Positions 51,201-64,000 of a stretch of 64,000 bases of DNA are shown here, in pieces (position 1 is the first letter of the stretch; each line of letters starts with the position of its first letter). Made by a program: the position numbers and the translations under genes. Below the pieces are notes generated by a model, which was not told the DNA's origin, did not search any database, and saw only the letters and a program-made list of their open reading frames with translations. Source of the stretch: Blasia pusilla (Eukaryota); contig CM114271.1 of NCBI GenBank assembly GCA_050084515.1, positions 45,322,001 through 45,386,000 of the forward strand, read 5' to 3'.

Positions 51201-54200
51201 ATGCAACCCTCTCTGGTTACTCCGGTGGAGAGACCCCTTCGAAGAGTGAGCTCCGTCCGTTCGGCTTTGGAAGCGCAATCCGCTAACAATGACTGTTTCT
51301 GCGCCCAAACGGATAGAGGCGACAACAAATCTGAGAAAGCTGGCTCGTACATGCCTGGTCTACTTCCTCAATCTGGCCGGGGTTTAGAGATGGGATCCAT
51401 AAGTGAGTCGGATCATGGCAGCGAATCTATCGGTTTCGGTCACAGAAGGACTCTTTCTGGAGAACTGGGAGTGAGGAAGAACAGAAATTTAGTGTCGTAC
51501 TTCCTGGGAGCCATTTTATCGTTGTTCCTACTGGTTCAGATCGTGACAGGAGGCTTAGGTCTCCTCTCAAGCCCGATCACGGTATGCTATCGACACCACC
51601 TTGGCTTCCGCTTCCGAATTTTTATTTCTTATTCCATCATTCCTTTCGAGTCTCCTGTGTGACGAGCCCATCCCTGAGCGCGTGATGGATTGATTGGTGT
51701 TAATGATCGAGTTATGGTAGTCTATTGTCTTCGATTACTTTCTGGACCTCAAATGGAAGCCCGAACTTAATGAACAACTGGTAGTAGTTTAGCAGTTTGC
51801 TGTACGTATCCACGCAACTCTATGCTGTTGTAGAGTAGGTGGGCATGCTACCCTTCCCAACAAGAGTTACAGTGTCCAACCACGAGGGAGTCCGTCTGAA
51901 TGCGTCTGCAGTTGTCCGGAGTGAAACAGGTCCAAGCGGCGTTTCTTGTGGAGAAGCATAGCCAAGTCATGGAAGGGCGAATGGACGTGGGGGTTGATCA
52001 CTGGAAGCCATTGGCAAGACCCTTGCAAAGAATTGCTAATAGTGAACCTTGGCATCTGCTGTCCAACAAGCTGCAAGAGAGTCAACAGTCATTCAGGGAA
52101 GGACAAACTCCCCTGGAAGAGATGGTGCACGAACTTCCATCAACGAGTTACAAGCGACCAGCCGAGATAAGGTTAGAGAGTAAAAGTGCTGCAGATAGTG
52201 TCGATTCAAAGGTGGCTCCGCTAGAGCGAGAAGAATCGACTGAAATACTCAAGTCTGATGCCAAGGACCAGGTATTTATGGTCGGAACGCATTGCTGTTT
52301 TGTTTCCTAGCGTTACAGAGCAGGAAATAAAGGTGTTGTCATCACTCAGCTGGGTCAATCTCAAAGTGGTGCCATTGCATTTCTGCTCATCGACTGGATC
52401 AGCTACCGTAGTCGTAGGTTCGAATTCCATCCAGTCATGAAGCACGAAACTTACCCTGCAAGAGCGTTGTCATGACTGAGTTTTTCGTAACCATGTACTC
52501 TCTCCAGTTCAAATTGAATTTTGTTTCTGAATTTGTGATTGATCTCGCGGTGGTCGCTGATCACAGGAGTCTTGGTTTCTTCAGCCTACTTATAAATTCG
52601 AGCAATGCATGAAGGAAGACAGCAATCACCGAAGTAATTAATCTCTCTCTCTCTCTGTGTACCTTCTGCACTTCTTCCTGTCCTCTCTCTGCACCGATCC
52701 CAGTCTCTAGCACCGCTACCAGGTTCGGGGTGTATGGTCACAAGGCTACGACTTCTTCCTGTCCTCTCTCTGCACCAATCCCAGTCTCTAGCACCGCTAC
52801 CAGGTTCGGGGTGTATGGTCACAAGGCTACGACAGGCGCTAGTTGAAGGGTTCTCTCCCTCTCTCTCTAGCACGGTCCAACCAGGGCGCGGGGTCTATGG
52901 TCGCAAGGTTTACGATGGGCACTGCTTATTGAGCAGAGTCTCTCTCTCCCTCCCTCTCTCCTTACGACAGGCACTACTTAATGAGTAGAGTCTCTCGCTC
53001 TCTCCTACACCCATCCCAGTCCATAGCACCTTCCAACCATGGCGCGGGGCCTATGGTCGCAAGGCTACTACTGGCACTACTGAATGAGTAGTTCCTCCCT
53101 TTGAGTGTCTCGTATTTTTCGTGTTTATGCGTGTATTTTTGCTTCTTAGAACATGCAATTATCGGAATTGCGAGTCCAAAAGGGGCACAATCGAGCGCTT
53201 TGTTCGTACATTCCTTCTCTCTGGACATCGTCCAATTACTGGAATTTCAAGCTCTAGCGTCCTCGTGGACATTTAATCATTTCGTCCGTGTATCCAGTCT
53301 CTCTCTTCTCACTGCCCACCGTGCAACTAGGGCACGGAGTCTGGTTGCAAGGGTAATATGCACGTCTCAACGACTCGTCTTGTCTCTCTTCACGAGCCTC
53401 GTCCGTGCAACCATGGCACGGCGCTGTGCCTCTCTTCATTAGCACTGACGTCTCCTGGCCATGGAAGGCGGACCCTGACCTAGGTTAGTGAGTTTTCTAC
53501 AGAGGGAGGGTATGGGTGACCCGTGCCCGAGACACCGACATTACCTACCATGTGTGAAATCGGGTGGAGGTCTGGGGTTGATTCTTGGGAATATCGATGA
53601 TCTTCCAGGAAAAAAATGCAGTAGTAGAAGCTCGAAAGGTGGTCGTGAGAGGCGCCTGACGGATGCGATGGGAAGGAGCAGACATGGAGGGGTCCCACAT
53701 GCCACGAGACTTTCCATGAACTTAAATGTGAAGGCCATCCATCTCTCTGCGCTAATCTCTGTTCGCGCGAGCGCGGACGTCAGGAATTCCCAAGCTTGCT
53801 TACGGCTAATGTGTTCTCTTCCTTTACTTTCTCATGAGTTGACGTGAGACTTAGCTTGTCCTGTCCCGCATTGTCCTCCTCCGTCTACGGATTGCGATTA
53901 CCATGGACGGCGCTGGAATCTTGTTCTGCAGAAATTGGGTAACACGTTTCTCTTTCCGACCGCACCGCAACCCTGGCTGCCGTACTCACTGCATCCGCTC
54001 TGTGGGTGCGAAGATTTGGCAGCGATCACCATCACCGATGAAAGACTACATCCCTGGAACCATCGAAACCTTGTAAAGTCCCGATGTCATTAGTAATAAA
54101 CTCATCCTCCACTCGCTACATCTGCCCCCCTCCACTCGCTTTTACTCGTTAATAACCTCGCCATCTTTACCTACTCCTCGATTTATGCTGGAATGCTCTG

Positions 54201-55409
54201 ACATGATCATCCTGCTGATGTGATATTTCAGGACCCTCAAAGGCTACTGATGGTTACCTGTTGAACTTCGCAAATGGAGGACTCAACCAGATGCGCACTG
54301 CTGTCCGTTTCTAACCTTACTTTGTGATATATAATAGGTTTGTATAAGGCTTCAGAAGGCGCACGCTGCTTTTAGAGCTGCTGAAAAGGTGTTGCGTAAA
54401 CCTAAGTGGGGCCACCGTGCTTCTTTTGGAGCGTGACATTAATCATTCGGGAGAATCTTCCTTCGAGTAGCACTGACGGTGTCCTTGTTGGATGTCGTAC
54501 AGATAGTGGATATGGTGGCAGTTGCTCGGGTCATGAATGCAACGTTGGTGATTCCCGAGCTCGACCACACTTCGTACTGGGCAGATCCAAGGTATGTATC
54601 GACTCAAGCTGGGTTCGTGTGTATGATAGGTATTCTGTACCCATCGACATGGCGACAATCGCAACTTCTACACCTACTAAACCCTCTTTTCTGTGTTGTC
54701 GTTGCCAGTGCATTCGGGGACGTATTCGATGTCGACCACTTTATCAGCGCACTCAAGGATGATGCCACAATTGTCACGAAACTTCCGGACGAAATGAAAA
54801 ATATCGCTGTTTATGAAATGGCACCGCGCTCTTGGTCAGAGGTAATCTATTGAGTCGATTGACGGGATGTGCAATTCAAGGTGATGGTTTGTTGTGTTCC
54901 CGTGAAATCTGACTGCAGATTTCCAGTAACTTGTTTGGACTCATGTCGCGTCTCTTTCGGATCAGCACTTTATCGATTTCATGACACCGCTGCGTTTCTT
55001 GACCCGTGAACAGACTACCTATTATGAGGAAGAAATTGCACCTCTATTGAGGAAGCACAAAGTCGTCAAGTTTATCCTCACAGATTCCCGTCTAGCCAAC
55101 AACCGAATCCCAGATGAGATCCAGCGTCTGCGCTGTAAAGCCAACTACCAAGCGCTGAAGTTTGAGCCCTCGATTGAAGAACTGGGTAACAAGATCATCA
55201 ACAGATTGCGAGCCAAGGGGCCGTACATTACTTTGCACTTGAGGTAATACTCATCGGCACACTCAAGAAACGATTGAGGAAATTTGCTCCCACCATTGGA
55301 GAGCTTTTGATATTATGTTAACATTCCTCGTTTCTTCTTCATCCCCATACCTTCACGAGTCTGGTTCGGTCCTGGATTTTAATACGTTGCTTCCTTCGAA
55401 GCCGAACAA

Positions 55410-55443
<34 letters not shown>

Positions 55444-56738
55444 ACCGTCCAACCAGGGCGCGGGGTCTATGGTCGCAAGGCTACGACAGGCACTACTCAA
55501 TGAGTACAGTCTCTCTCTCTTGAAGCTACCAAACTTCAGCCAAACCAATGATGGTCCGTGGCGGTCTTCTGCAGGTTTGAGAAGGATATGCTGGCATTCT
55601 CAGGGTGCACATTCGGACTTTCAGAAGAAGAGGCAGAAGAACTGAAGCTGATCCGTTATAATGTGACCCGATGGAAGGAGAAAGAAATCGACCCAATTGC
55701 CCGAAGGCTTTCCGGTGGCTGCCCACTGACACCACATGAAATCGGATTCATGCTGAGGGCCATGGGATACCCACGGAAAACTATGATTTACGTCGCTGCC
55801 GGGCAGATATACGGCGGGGAAGAAAGAATGAAGACTTTCACAAGCTTGTTCCCTAACGTGGTCACCAAAGAAACAATTGCAACGGCGGAGGAACTGGCTC
55901 CGTTCGTCAAATATCAAAATAGACTCGCAGCCATCGACTACATGGTTGCGGTTGAAGCTGATGTGTTCGTCCCGTCCTACGATGGGAATATGGCCAGAGC
56001 GGTTCAAGGTCATCGACGATTCCAGGGGCACAAAACTACTCTAATTCCTGACAGGTGAGAAATCGTGGTATTCCACTGCAGACTTTCTGTCCCGTACCCC
56101 GAGGTCCTGTCGTTCCATGATCTCGCGTTGCCCTCTTGGCTATCGTGAACGACACAAACCACGTCGGCCATGGAAAAATGTGCCATCCGCGTAGGATGGG
56201 TCACTCAGAAGTCCATCTGGGTGAGATTGCTCTTGAGGACCTCTTCATACGCTGGGGCCAAAGAATTACGAGTTTCGGTAGAGAACTTGCTTGCTTGCTT
56301 GCTTGCTGAGATACGTCTTTCTCAGCGTTGTGTTTGTGAGGGCTGATGTGCGTGTGGCTTCCATGCAGAGTGGGGTTGGTGAAGCTCTTTGACTCGTATC
56401 ATCAATCGGAGATCGATTGGAGTACGCTACAGAAACAGGTGGTGAAAACACACCGGAATCGACAGGGAGCTCCACACTACAGGAAAGTCCTATCCCCATC
56501 TCGAGCCAAACTGGAAGAGAACTTTTATGCCAACCCTTTGCCAGGATGCATATGTGAGACTGACTCTACATCACAGACGCAACAGTCAACAGACGGACGG
56601 AAATCAATGCCTAGAGTTGATGGCCACTATTATTTATCGATTGTTTCCTCGATAGATCCTTCTCCTTCTAGATTCACCCCAATTGTGTATAGCAGTCAGA
56701 TTCCTGCTCCTAATAACCTCAGTGCGACTTGTGCGTGA
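51201..56738 (+). CDS. O-fucosyltransferase family protein (GT106/PF10250, plant pectin-related type II Golgi glycosyltransferase). Exons 51201-51581, 51930(or 51912)-52271, 52567-52633, 54232-54302, 54503-54591, 54709-54841, 55014-55243, 55575-56054, 56369-56738.
   Basis: All GT-AG introns phase-consistent; N-terminal TM segment; motifs NGGLNQMR, DMVAVAR.MNATLV.P.LDH.S.W.D.S, DSRLANN, QRLRC, LHLRFEKDM, GGCPLTP.E, AIDY.V, GNMARAVQGHR, FYANPLPGCIC. Confidence 0.95.
52642..53092. repeat. Intronic cluster of a (CT)n-associated ~70-80-bp repeat, including an 81-bp tandem duplication (52671-52832)
   Basis: At least 4 copies of GGGG(T/C)(G/C)TATGGTC(A/G)CAAGG(C/T)TAC separated by CT tracts. Confidence 0.85.
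55413..55520. repeat. Further copy of the (CT)n-flanked repeat, in intron 7
   Basis: (CT)n-TACACCGTCCAACCAGGGCGCGGGGTCTATGGTCGCAAGGCTACGACAGGCACTACTCAATGAGTACAGT-(CT)n. Confidence 0.88.
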
Positions 56739-59700
56739 AACGATCCCGCAAGCTTCCATTCTTTGTCAAATTACCTTAATCATTTAGTTGACAGGTGCTG
56801 TAAAGTCTGCCAGGCACACAGCGAGCCAAACCAGGCTTTACGCTACTGCCTGCGGAAAGCAATTTTCACCCGTCGTTGCTTCCCTCCCTTTCAGAGATAT
56901 TCATCCCCCCACTCCCTCCGGTAGTGCTGGGTTCAGTACTTCATCGTCATATGGTCCTCACTTTTGTTGAGGTCTGCAGGAGCCCATCCTCGTCAGTGCG
57001 AACTCTACACCCCAGGGAATATGTACATTTCGGCTCTCATTGGACTCGAGGCATGCAGTCCATTCCATCGACGTTTCTAGCCCTCCAAGTGGGCTTCAAC
57101 TTCTCTTCATGTCCACCGACGACTGCTTGGTTTCGGTGGGGAGGAGCAATACAGAAAATCCCAATAACGACGACATACGTCTGACTATTTACATGCGACA
57201 TACGTCCGATCCGACTCCATACAATCGGATTGAAAAGGTCACCATGGTTTCAGTTTGCTTTCTTAGAGTAGTGGTTCGCTTCGGATGATTAATCCACGCC
57301 GTCGTTGGCAGAAAGAAAGAAAGAAAACGCTCTGACAATATTTATTAGGTTTCACTCTACGAGTAAACTCTGCCGGCCAGCAAATCGCCAATTAGGAGTA
57401 GAGAAAACTGCCGAGCTGAGCTCCATGGGCCTCCTCCATGGAAATTGGCCTCGCGGAATACTGAGGCCGTTGGAATTTAGAATATTACTTGCTCGCGGAG
57501 CTGGATATAGAATGTCCAGCCACTAATAAACGTTCCCCGCGGGTTCATTCATCGCTACAACCTACTGGGGAACAACTTTGTATCAGCATTTGTCAGCATC
57601 ACTGGAAGGTTAGGCTGCAAGCCCCGCCTGAGCCTTGGCCAAATAAAGAAAGGGCGGTCAAGAAAGTTCGGAAAATTTCGAGAAAGATGGAAATAAAAGC
57701 GCGTCCATGACGATTTCCTGTCTTAGTTCACTGACGCTTTAGTTCATTGCCCGAGCGAATGTACGCCTCGCCCGAATTCATCTGAGTGCCCAATGGTAGC
57801 CACGGTGTTTGAATTTCGCCTCTCCTCACAGATCCATGGAGTTTCTGCAGTTATTGTGGATGGATTGATCAATCGACTGACCAGATCATGATAGGAGCAT
57901 CCGTGCCAAAAGCAGCAAGTATCGCTGCAGCAAAATAGCTGCCAAACTTTCACTCAGAAGTTCTTCTTCCTGTCTCAAGCTGAATCGGAAGTGGATTGCA
58001 ACGGCCCTTTCAAAGCCCAGATAAGGCTGGTTTTTTGGTGTCTCATGCTCGGAGATCGCCCCTCCCTATCAATCTGTAACCTCCGAGAGCGAGCAGTAAA
58101 CGAACTTTCACACCTCAGCTTGAAAATCAATCGCTGCCAGAGAAGATCACAAGCAGCGGAAAGCTCCGTGACAACGAAACCTCAAAACCTGAGGCCAGGC
58201 GAAAAGGGCGCAGAGATCACCGACAGATTGCGGTTCAGACTAGTAGTTCGGGCCGCAGCAGTAGGAAACAGCACATACGCTTGGCGGAAGATCTAGCACC
58301 ATGGCTGGGCTGGGCGGGCTGCTACAAGATAGTTGGGTCAGCTGGTTCTTTCTGCCATGTCAGTGGCACAGTGCCTAAAGCTGGGAGACGAGATTGGAGA
58401 CGAACCATTGAAATGGAGTCCGACATGGCGCTTGCTTGCACGTGATAAACGCTCTCGTAACCGCGTCCTCCTTCGCGACTCCTCCGACAGTGTGACCTGA
58501 TTCCGTCCATACACTACGGGCCTACGGAAGGCGGTGAGCATAGGGGTCTCAATTACCCTCTCACTGTGAATGATCCAGGGAGGATAACCGATTTCGTCGA
58601 CGCATGGCATTTGAACAAGTGCGCGTTTAACAATTATAAGCCTTCCGTATTAATTTGTATGTTTTTTTTCTAAAAGGTAAATAGATCAAGCCCGTGAGAC
58701 TAAAAACACATTACAAATCACCTTGAAAAATATCTAACTTTCTCCTAACTAAAACCTAAAACATTTGAAAATGAAAAAATTCTATTCCCCGTTTTAGAAA
58801 CTTTGATGGATTTTCCATCAAAATTTTTATTAAAATTTAATATTTCCCTTCTAAACAAGATTCAGGTACGTCAACCTGAACGTTAAGAACAACGGGGTAC
58901 GTAGGACGCACCCGTGCGACTTCCTGAACGTAACGCACTTTTGACACCCCCCATGACGATCGTCCAGACATCGGGTAGTTTGATACGATGCGGTAGGTTG
59001 CAGGTCGGGCAGGCGGGCGGGTCCACCGAAAATATCTTTGTCAATCTCTGGTACACAGCTACAAACTCAAGGGCGGAAACGACGGAGGCCGATCCTCGCC
59101 AAGGACCTATTGCGACTCTTGAAGGCTCAGCGTCCCATGGGAGACAGCGCTCGCTCCTTCCATTCCAGGACGAGCGCCCTCCGCGTCTCATATAAATGAC
59201 TGCGCTATGATTGTTCGACTGATGATCCAGACAGCCGAGAATCGGAAGCTTATTCGAGCGACCGTGTGTCAGTTCGTCGCTCCCCCACATGGCACGTGCG
59301 TATTGTAGTCTGTGCGGTGTCGGCGACATTTCATTTCGGGTGAACTTACTGAGCCTTGAATTACATAGACGAAGGAGTATCCATTGACCGCACGAGTTGA
59401 CATTCTCTGAGGGAATTGTGAGTCTCTATTACTACGTTCTTATTGAGGTTCATCATTTAACTTACACTACGACTCGATAGTTCCTCTCGACCGGTGTTCA
59501 TTTGTTCTTCGGTGGGTTGTGACTTCTTCGTCGTCTGCGTTTAGTTGGCTACGGTTAAGGACGGGTTCTGTCCAGTGTCAGGCAACAATAATGTTGCCCC
59601 CTCCCCCCCCCCCCCCCCTTCCCTCGCCCTCGCCACCTTTACTTTATATCTCGTGGGCGTGAATACGCGGATACGAAGCTTGAGCTCGGCCACGACTCGC

Positions 59701-62408
59701 AAATTCTATGGCATGTATTGACGGTTGCTAAAGATGCGATCGTTTGGATTCGGTGGATGGGGAGCGCAACGTGGTGTGTGAAAAGTTGGTCGGTCTAGGC
59801 ATCTCCTTGTGACAAAAGTGAAATCCTGTCAGTCTTCCGAGTTCGTAGGAGGTGCGTAGAACTTTCTTCGGCCTCGTTCACAACTGAAGCGGATAATTCA
59901 TGTGGACATCTTACCGCTCGGCAACCCGAGAAGCAAGACGAGTTAACTAACTTGTTAGCTCGTATCGTTGTTTCGTAACACAGCTCGTGGTTCAAGCGTC
60001 CGAGCTCTCCCCGGGATTAGAAGTAGACTTGCAAGACTTCTAGGAATCTTCAAGATTACCGATCGAACATACTCACGCATCATCTATCACCTGTCGACCA
60101 AGCATGAGTAGTCGAGTAGACGTTTCACCTTTAGGTAGCGCCCGAGTTCCTCTAGGAAGTGGTGGAGCTCCTCCAAATACCGACGGGAGATGTTCATTTC
60201 CACTAGCTTATCGATAACCTCGAAAGGATTGTCTACAACTCCGCGCTACACTGAGGTACACGAGTCACAGCTTTACATACGCTGCCAGACACCATAATCA
60301 CGATCAGGTTCAGAAGCGGCGCGGCGCAAATACAAAAGCTCACTCCGGTGTGCGTGTTACAATACTAGTGATGTTCAGACACGCCAGGCGTCAGTCGCAC
60401 ACCCCTCTGTCCTCCCCATGGGATGTCTCCACCCACCCGGAGAAGCTGGAGCTGGAACCTGTGGCACATACGAAACTCGAAGGCGCCTTTAGTCTTTGCA
60501 AGGGCTCATCCTTCCGGATGAGTGGTTCCCGTCATAGACAGCAGTTGTTGGGGGTTGGTTGTTGAAGGAAAGTGACAAGTTACTCGCGTTGTTGTGCAGG
60601 ACAGGCATTGCGACGTGAGAAATTGCTTGTGATGGACGGGAACAATGGAACAAACCTATCGAGAACCTACAGCAAATGCTGTAAAAGCATAAGGGAACAC
60701 TAGCAGGGTCTGAAAGAGCTTTAACTCTTCGGTGGAAAAGGTTTGGACCCACCCTAAAGCACCTGACGAAGGAATCTCTGTCGACCTCGCGACATTGAAG
60801 TCCCTCTTCAGAGACCAGCTCTGATCTCGTCACAGTTCCAAAGGATGAACTGACCCGGATCTCGACGGACGGTCCTGAGTGACGACGTACACCATGGAAC
60901 GGGGGAAATTTATGACTAGGAACACTGATGGAAACATAGGGGGAAGCAGCGGATGCACCTCACTGGCTTCCGAGGTATACTGCTGTGTCCGGATAACAGT
61001 CAGGATGAATCCCAACCAAAAAATCATCGACAGAGAATCGAGAGGTTCGTAGCTGACGGAGACAGGAGCATACACCTCTAGTCTCTGAAACCTCTCCCGT
61101 CGTAGCATACCGCTATCGCTGGATAAGCCGAATGACTATATTTTCTAGTACTCGCAGTCTTCAGCACTGAAGATAGGTTTCTAGCTACGGTGGAGTTTTA
61201 GTCTCTCTTATCATGCGTTGTTGTCCTCTTCTCAACGTGAACCTTCTCCACGTTGATTTTATTCCGGAAGTCGAGGTATTTCTTAGAAAGCGACGCTCCT
61301 GACATCTGACTTTCGATCTGTAGCGAAGCCATGCTGAGGAGGACAGTGACGTTAGAGCACAGTGAGTGAAGAAAATTATAGAATACGGCAAGCACATGAC
61401 TCAAGCTCATTCGAATTTCTCGGGCTTCATCTAATGAAATCGTTCCACAACTTCTCACTATCCCGAAGGAGACGATGATTCCAAGCTGTGAGGTACCCTT
61501 AATTCCGATCACAACGAATGTATTCTATGATCTACCAATATGGTGTTACCAAATGATCTACAGTCCACTACTATACTACATGGGTGCCTGCTTTTGACAT
61601 TCAAGCCACACCACCGACAAGAGATTTCTAGAATGAATGGTCACACTGTCTGCTATCTACGATGCGCAGAAGCTTGAACTCGTGGTCAGCCGAACTGAGG
61701 TTCCAACGAAACCCGGATGGGCTCACCGTCAGGCAGGCTGTGGGGGAAATAGGGTCTGAGTTTACAAGATTTCCCAAAGAGGTCTGGCAAGATTCGGTGG
61801 TGTCTCGAAAGTTTTGATTTGGCACAACTTTTTACCCGCCTCGTCAGCAAAGATTATCTTCCGATGCCGTTTCGCCTGCACAAAAAACGAAAGCCAGGAG
61901 TTCCATCTTAAAATTACGTACATATAGAGGAGGGGGGGGGAGGGGGATATACCGGCAGCCAAGGAGCGTAGTAGATTCGAAGTACAGCCTTTCAGCTAAA
62001 ACGTGAACGTACCGTAAGTTTGCAGAAGCGTTTGCAATCCCGAAGCAAAGTCGCCAGATTCTTTTCTGCAGATCGCTCGACGACTTTTGACCTGGCGATT
62101 ATCTGTACCTGTACTGACCAAAAGAGACGAGCCAATGGGACGAGGAAGTCAGAATAGAGCGCTATCGTGGGAGAGTCAACGCATACCAAAATTGGAATAT
62201 TACGAGAATATAGTGATAACATCAGATGACCGCTCAACCCCAAAAGCAGCTTCTTGTGGGTTTCAGTTTCGTCTTAAGCATTCTTTTATGCTTACTTTTT
62301 GGTAGCTTTATTCGTGCTCAGAAGGGTGATGTACACTTTCTCTTTACAGTCCTGTCCATGCTCTTCAAAATCCAGAACAAACTTCTAATCTTTGCCTAAT
62401 TTAGCAAG

Positions 62409-64000
62409 TTAATGCCTATTCAAGAAACGATTCCTGACCTGTTTCATCCACACTGCTTCGTCACAATCGAGCTTATTATTCATCAATAGATCGATTTCAA
62501 GAAAAATGTCAATACAAATTTCGGGGTTATTCTGAGGGGCTTTCGGAATTAGGACCCCACTCATCCAGCAGCGGAGATCATCCTCACCAATATGCAGGGT
62601 CTCTATTGCTCCAAGAAGTTGGTCGTAAGGTAGAGAGCCGTACTACAAGCTCCTCGCCGAACACAACTCGAAGTTCATCGAAGCTGAAGCGTGGATTACG
62701 CAGACAGTGACTCGAAGGAAGTGATCGCCATTACCTTTTCTGGCGAAGAGTCGTTGACGTCTGCCACGCTTGAATCTTGGGCTTCCAAGAGTGTTCGCAG
62801 GCCTTGTATCTCGTGAGTAAGCCGCCCTGCGACCTCCCCGAATGTCTTCATCTGACTCGCTATGAACTCTGAAGCCGTTTGAGTTTGAAGACGCAACTCC
62901 GCGCACTCCCTGCATTTGCGAAACTGAGAACCGGTCTTCAGGATCCCTTTGGGAGACCGGACAACAGAAGGGGGGAATACGCGTCCTTCCCCGCTCGCAC
63001 AGATTTCACTTGGGAAGTTCCTTAGTTGGGATGGAATTGATTTAGAACTGGGTGACAGGGCCAGTGACAGTCTCACTCCTGCATCTTCAGTAGTCCTCGA
63101 GTTGAGTTCCTGGTCCTCACTGCTATCCGCTGTATCTTCGTCGGAAGAATTTGGTGCAAAGGAATTGACAACAATAGTTGGCTGAGTGCGTTCCACGTCC
63201 CTGGCATCCATACAACTCCAATCTCGCGTTGATTTGCTATTTAAGCCCGTGAATAATCCTCCGTGGTGTCCTGAGATGGACATTCGCATTGTTAGATATA
63301 CTTGAAACCGAACACTCCAAGAAGACAGAACGTTCAAATCTGAAGTATATAAGCGCTGCACTAAACTCCAGGAATACTCAGTTTCTTGGCGATTGAACAA
63401 AAGTAGATTTTCACTGTAGTGATATCTAAGCATCTCTCACGTAGCGGAAAAGTAGCACGCGCGCAAGAAAAACTTAATGCAGCCAAGTTTATTTGAAGAC
63501 GTTAAATCTTCACATTTGAAACTGCTCCACTTAATCAACGTCGGAACTGGACGTGTTGCAAATAAAGACGTGGGGTGTTCGTGAGAGGACGACTCGGTAC
63601 AGACTAGACGCTTACTTGCACGGCCAGACGGTAGCTTAAGTCGTATTGGAGGCAATCTCTGCGGTGAGCTGTTGGATTTAGATTTCCTCAGCAATTTCAG
63701 GGTGGAGAGAGGAGATATTGTCTGCAAGATCAAGGACTCGGTCAGTATCACGGGTGCTCTCGTCGCCTTCCGAAGAATTCTACACTTCTTGAAGATCACC
63801 TCTATGATAACTAAAGCACAGGCCATGGGTGTAAACACTGCATCGGAAAAAAAATCAAGAGTTACCTTTCGCATAGGCGGCAGTTTGGATGGTGGTTCAT
63901 ACTCCTCTACATCGTCCTCCTCCCCGAGTTTATCACAGGCCAACAAATCAATGCCAGCGGCATCAGAATCACTCGGTGTTTCTAGGCCTGCTCCAGAGTC
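62409..64000 (-). CDS. 3' part of an uncharacterised spliced protein-coding gene. Exons >64000-63866, 63721-63616, 63270-62735, 62642-~62409 (last exon end uncertain).
   Basis: Phase-consistent GT-AG junctions (AAG|GTAAC, GCAA|GTAAG, AAG|GTAAT); low-complexity region followed by SPKGILK..CRECAELR..ASEFIASQM..LTHEIQGLRTLLE (Cys pair plus coiled-coil-like segment). Confidence 0.7.

Noticed and set aside
52642-53092. Possible hammerhead ribozyme or CRISPR-like array in the intronic repeats
   Set aside because: No CTGATGA/GAAA core, no unique spacers, and a eukaryotic context
58880-62300. TATA-like element at about 59190 and scattered ORFs
   Set aside because: Could not assemble a coherent coding exon chain

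Overview
Eukaryotic nuclear DNA from a land plant, probably bryophyte-like (inferred from intron style and TE content). Host genes: a complete 9-exon O-fucosyltransferase-family (GT106/PF10250) gene (+, 51201-56738) and the 3' part of an uncharacterised spliced gene (-, about 62400-64000). About 7-43 kb is a transposon graveyard: a decayed Helitron, a decayed Mutator-like element with a convergent second ORF, a Helitron2/Helentron-type Rep remnant, a MITE-like palindrome, and two nested copies of an unusual Ty3/gypsy family. This family encodes gag-PR-[DNMT3-like C5 cytosine methyltransferase]-RT-RNaseH-DDE integrase-[PHD finger]. It lacks normal twin LTRs. Instead it has split direct repeats (sense strand X-body-Y-2nt-X-Y), an internal CA-nn-TG att-att junction, a candidate Tf1-like self-priming site and a 4-bp TSD. 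This layout is what a 2-LTR circle would give if opened at a site inside the LTR (inference). All TE ORFs are pseudogenised. All alignments were done by eye and no database searches were run.
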